A DNA stretch of 64,000 nucleotides from Camelus ferus (lineage: Eukaryota). Every line of letters begins with the position of its first letter. Within the stretch, counting starts at the first letter, position 1. Under the pieces are notes generated by a model that ran no database searches, was not told the origin of the DNA, and saw only the letters and a list, made by a program, of their open reading frames with translations. The stretch is from positions 120,468,001 through 120,532,000 of the forward strand of contig NC_045696.1 in NCBI RefSeq assembly GCF_009834535.1, in the 5' to 3' direction. Both the position numbers and the translations under genes were made by a program. Positions 60,126 to 64,000 of the stretch are shown piece by piece.

Positions 60126-60776
60126 TAATTTTTTTGAAGATTATAACTTTATATTGTCACTGAACATTTAAGTGTCTGGAAGTAAGATATTTTATACTGT
60201 AAATAGTGATTTCTAAATACCAATAGTAATCACTTAGAAATCATAATAGCAGTGTCCACAAAAACATAATAAAGTTAAGAATAGCCTTTCTGCCAAATGT
60301 TGGAGACCTATGACAAAAATTACTGAGGTAGAACATTTCAGCAAATGGAGACATACCAAGGTCTTGCTGGAAAGTCTAAAACATTATAATGGATCAATGT
60401 AATTCCAAGTGAAGTCCCAATGGGAATGATGTCAGAGGCTGTGAAATAAACAAACCCCCTCAAAGCTAAATTTTCTTTTAAAAAGAAAAACTAACGAATG
60501 AGGACTTTCCAGTGAAGTTTTCATTAGAATGGAGAATAATTGAAAACAACCTTAATATCTGATAAAAAGGGAAGCCTTTAAGTAGCCTGTGGCATTGGAA
60601 TATTAGCCACTCTTTAAAAATGAATGTATATGATGTTTATACATTAATTGTATAGAAATTATATGACAATGTCAAGTGAAAAATCAGAATGTAATAAAAA
60701 AAAAAAACCATTTATCCCAATTGTGCCAAAATGCATTTTTTATTTTGGGGGGTGATTTTTAAAAAAAAAAAAAACA

Positions 60777-61074
60777 CCTTTATTGTGGTATAATTTCTAT
60801 ACAGTAAACTACACATATTTCAGGTGTACAGTTGGATGAATTTTGATAGATGTGTACACCCATGAAACCACCACCAGAATCAAGACAGCTAACATTTCCA
60901 TCACTCCCCAAGGGGTGCAAATTTCTAACTCCCAATTCATCCCCTCCCACCCCTTTCCCCTCTCTGGTAACTATAAGTCTGTTCTCTATGTCTGTGAGTC
61001 TGTTTCTGTTTTATAGATAAGTTCATTTGTGTCTTTTTGTTTTTTAGATTCCACATATAAGCAACATCATATGG
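60777..61074 (-). mobile_element. L1-derived composite element, second copy of 1494-1745
   Basis: Colinear similarity, including the identical block aatcaagacagctaacatttccatcactccccaaggggtgcaaattt. Confidence 0.85.
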
Positions 61075-61719
61075 TTAAAATGTGGTTTTTAAAGATTAAA
61101 GAAAATCATTACATGATATTTATTGTAACAGACAAATACAGAATGTTTATAGTTACAGTTCTGGGAAGTGAGATTGTGGTGGTTTTTCTCCTTTCTCTTC
61201 TTTGGTATTTTATATGTATTTGAGGAGATACTCCTTTTAATAATCAGAAAATAAACTTTTATCTTAAAATTTTTCTTCACCAAATGAGGATTAGCATCCC
61301 TCATCAGCTATAGTCTGTGGCCAAAGTAAGGTGAACAGAGGACCAGAAAACACACGATCAAATTCAGACTGCAGGCTTCCCAGATTTCTCCATTGAAATC
61401 CACTTTAAGAAGACTGTTTCAGAGGCACGTGGCCACATCACCAGCTCCCCTGTGGAAGACTACAGTCAGAGGAGAGCTAATTTTAATCCCTCAGATGTGT
61501 ACTTTTATTCACTTGTTTTAGATTGTCATGACATTTTGTTGAGCCCAGTAAACAGTTTAATTTAGAAGTTGGATTTAGCTTCTCAAATCGTGCTATACAG
61601 TTTCCTTTCCAATTGTTTTGGCCCTTCTGTGGTTCACAGGCACTTAAACTCGATAAGGCAGCAGGCAGAATTCAAGTCAGTGTGATATGATCCATACGTG
61701 TATTTTCTGTCAATTACAG

Positions 61720-61755
61720 GGGCAGGAAGGATTCCCTGGAGAAAGTGGACCCAAG
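61720..61755 (+). CDS. COL6A6: COL6A6 collagenous exon, 36 nt
   Basis: ttacag|GQEGFPGESGPK|gtaccg. Confidence 0.9.
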
Positions 61756-62409
61756 GTACCGTGTCCTTCATACTGACTAGAGGTCAACCAGAGATACCCC
61801 TAGGGTCGGGAACTGCATCACAGGGCGATAGAAGGGTTGTTAGTTATAACTGAATAAAAAGAAACCTTGATGGGGAAAGGGGCGAAGAAAGAAGCCAGCG
61901 TTTCAACAAGTATTTTATTCTAGTTCTTTAATTCCTAAGGAAGAAGCCACCCTCACTTTTTCCCTCGCACGCACCCGTTCCCCTCTATCATTCGTATTTT
62001 CTTCTTTGCTCTAAAGAAGTAAAATGTAAGGGAAATGAAAATTACCTGATTCCACTTGGCTCAGTTCTCCAATGTGTTTATAAATCACCCTCAGAGAATA
62101 AGTTAGCAGTGGCTTCCCCTCTCTTAAGGCTTTGACTTCTGCTGGCGACGCTTACGGAGCTCAAGAAATGCCAGGTCCTGGGTAGGATCAGGGGACGAAA
62201 TAAAGGGCAGGGTTCACGTCTCCAAGGAGGCTGTGTTCTGGCTGGAGAGACGGGGAAGTCAGACAGTGAGGCTGCAGTGTGCTTAGTTCAGAACTAAGAA
62301 GTAAGGGGTTTGGGTTGGGGGGCAAGACACTTCAAAGAAGACTGTTAAAGATAAAAATATGGATGAAAAATGTCTTCGTGTTGGAATCAGTTTAAAAACA
62401 CATAGCATG

Positions 62410-62558
62410 TGGGGAGAGAGTATAGCTCAGGGGTAGAACGTGTGCTTAGCATGCACGAGGTCCTGGGTTCAATCCCCAGCACCTCCATTAAACACATAAA
62501 TACGTAAATAAATAAACCTAATTACCCCTCCATGCCCCACCCAAAAAAAAAGTAGAAA
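62410..62558 (+). mobile_element. tRNA-derived SINE (Vic-1-like)
   Basis: gtatagctcaggggtagaa...gcttagcatgcacgaggtcctgggttcaatcccc; taaaaacacat on both flanks. Confidence 0.88.
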
Positions 62559-62628
62559 TAAAAACACATTAAGATGTAGTTCTTCAATTTTAGTAACCAT
62601 TTCATTTTGCTTGTCTAACCTCCTTTAG

Positions 62629-62691
62629 GGTGAGGAGGGCGACCCTGGCGGTCCAGGAGAAACGGGACCCAAGGGAGCTGGAGGCAAGACG
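62629..62691 (+). CDS. COL6A6: COL6A6 collagenous exon, 63 nt
   Basis: ctttag|GEEGDPGGPGETGPKGAGGKT|gtaagc. Confidence 0.92.
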
Positions 62692-64000
62692 GTAAGCTTC
62701 TTGGACAGCAAAGCCTCCACCCGCAGCTGTTTTTTCCCGTTTTACAGGCGTTTGTCACTTGATCCCAGAGACATGTAAAGCGTGTGTTTTCTGTTAAGGC
62801 AAACTTGGGGAAGGGAGATGGGTATTTTTCCCATCCTCACGGCCAGCAATAAAGTAGTGAACTGTTAGCTCTGAGCCAACAAGGCCACCTGTCCTGGCTA
62901 CCACGGTGCCACTCTCAGCCCTGGGGATACGTGTGTGTGCAGGTGTTTCATAGGGAAGCCTTGTGGCCCAGGACAGTTTTTGCGCCACAGAATACGGTCG
63001 GTTTAATCCCGTCCCCGGGCAGAACTCGTGTAACTTAATGCCTCCTGGTGCCACGTCTTCTCTGTTACGGTCTGGACAGACTGTAACGAGGTGGTCCTCT
63101 CCCCATTTAGTTCAAGAAAGGACCTCCTGAGCTCTGCGAGAAAGTTTGCATTAAGCATGTGACTGAATGTGCCCTTGGGATTCCCTGGGGGACCTTGGAC
63201 AGTGCCTGATGCTCTGGACCACTCAGTAACCACCCGTGTCGCGAACTTGCCTTGGCTTCCTGTGCGCTAAGGACGGATCCTTGCTCTGCTGACTCCTTAT
63301 ACGCCATCAACTGTGCAAAACTGAGGTGGCTGCTTTATAAGAGACGCAATCTTAGCACCGTCATCTCCCAAGACATCCTTTGTCTCTTTTCTTCCAAGCG
63401 GCATCCATCAGGTGAACTGATCTTGGTACCACGTCAATCAGCGGGGAAAGAAAAACACAAAGTCTGATAAAAACTGACACTGGAGGTGGTTTTTCAGTTT
63501 TGTCACCAGAGTTAATTTTACTCTGATCTGTTTTTTTTTTTCCCCTGCAAAGTATAACAAAAACTTTATGTGAAGAGATGATTTATGTAGGTTTTAGGGG
63601 TGCAGAACAGAGAAACTTCCCTTTCCCTCCGTCCTGTTTCTCCCAAGGGCACTGCTTCCCAGCTGGAATTCTTTCACTCACACGTATTTTTGGATCACTA
63701 TCCTTTAACATTTTGCTCTTTAAAAAAACAGATGAAGACCGATATAATTGGGAAAATAATTGGAAAAGGCTTTTGGCATTGAAATATCTCTGGATCCTTC
63801 CCCTGGACTTGTTCATGAAGTCGCTACCCTTGAGCATCAGAGACATGCTGACAAGTCCAGCCTTTTCTTGGGTTCCCTCCCTGCCATACGGCACATTCAT
63901 CGTCTTTGAAAAACAGTAAACTAATGGGAAATAGATAATCTTTCTCTCTTGGCCTTTGGTAATGAATTTTTTTCCCCCACATTGGACAACTTTTCACTCA

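Larger units (their letters stand above)
813..62691 (+). other. COL6A6: COL6A6 gene body (partial: 25 internal coding exons; 5' and 3' exons lie outside the window)
   Basis: Six VWA domains, then the linker ERTCCCLFCKC, then Gly-X-Y exons. Peptides such as VCQGPSVADVVFLLD, CFVDVVVGFD and GSRRKT-AHGRRGHTGPQ match recalled COL6A6 rather than COL6A3/4/5. All exon phases are compatible. Confidence 0.93.

Noticed and set aside
62410..62485. tRNA-Ala-like sequences (also 13513, 34066, 59990 and others) as tRNA genes
   Set aside because: Each has a SINE tail, often a TSD, and substitutions that break the cloverleaf; they are SINE heads, not tRNA genes.

Overview
This is mammalian genomic DNA carrying the central part of one + strand gene, COL6A6 (collagen VI alpha-6), and it starts and ends inside introns. 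I reconstructed 25 GT-AG exons from 813 to 62691 (4430 coding nt). They splice into one open frame encoding VWA domains 2-7 (N6-N1), the Cys-rich linker and the first 306 residues of the triple helix, so there is no sign of pseudogenisation. The introns hold many tRNA-derived SINEs resembling the camelid Vic-1 family (suggesting Camelus/Vicugna; inference), L1 3' fragments, MER20/MER5 DNA transposons, MIR/L2 relics and microsatellites. I found no convincing undescribed biological system. The most notable points are: extreme local GC/CpG enrichment with GC-directed amino-acid changes in two VWA exons, strong competing splice sites, inverted SINE pairs flanking frame-symmetric exons, a three-layer nested retro-insertion with readable target-site duplications (TSDs), and a composite L1-derived element present twice 59 kb apart. 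Repeat family names and comparisons to human COL6A6 are from recall, not from a search, and repeat boundaries are approximate.
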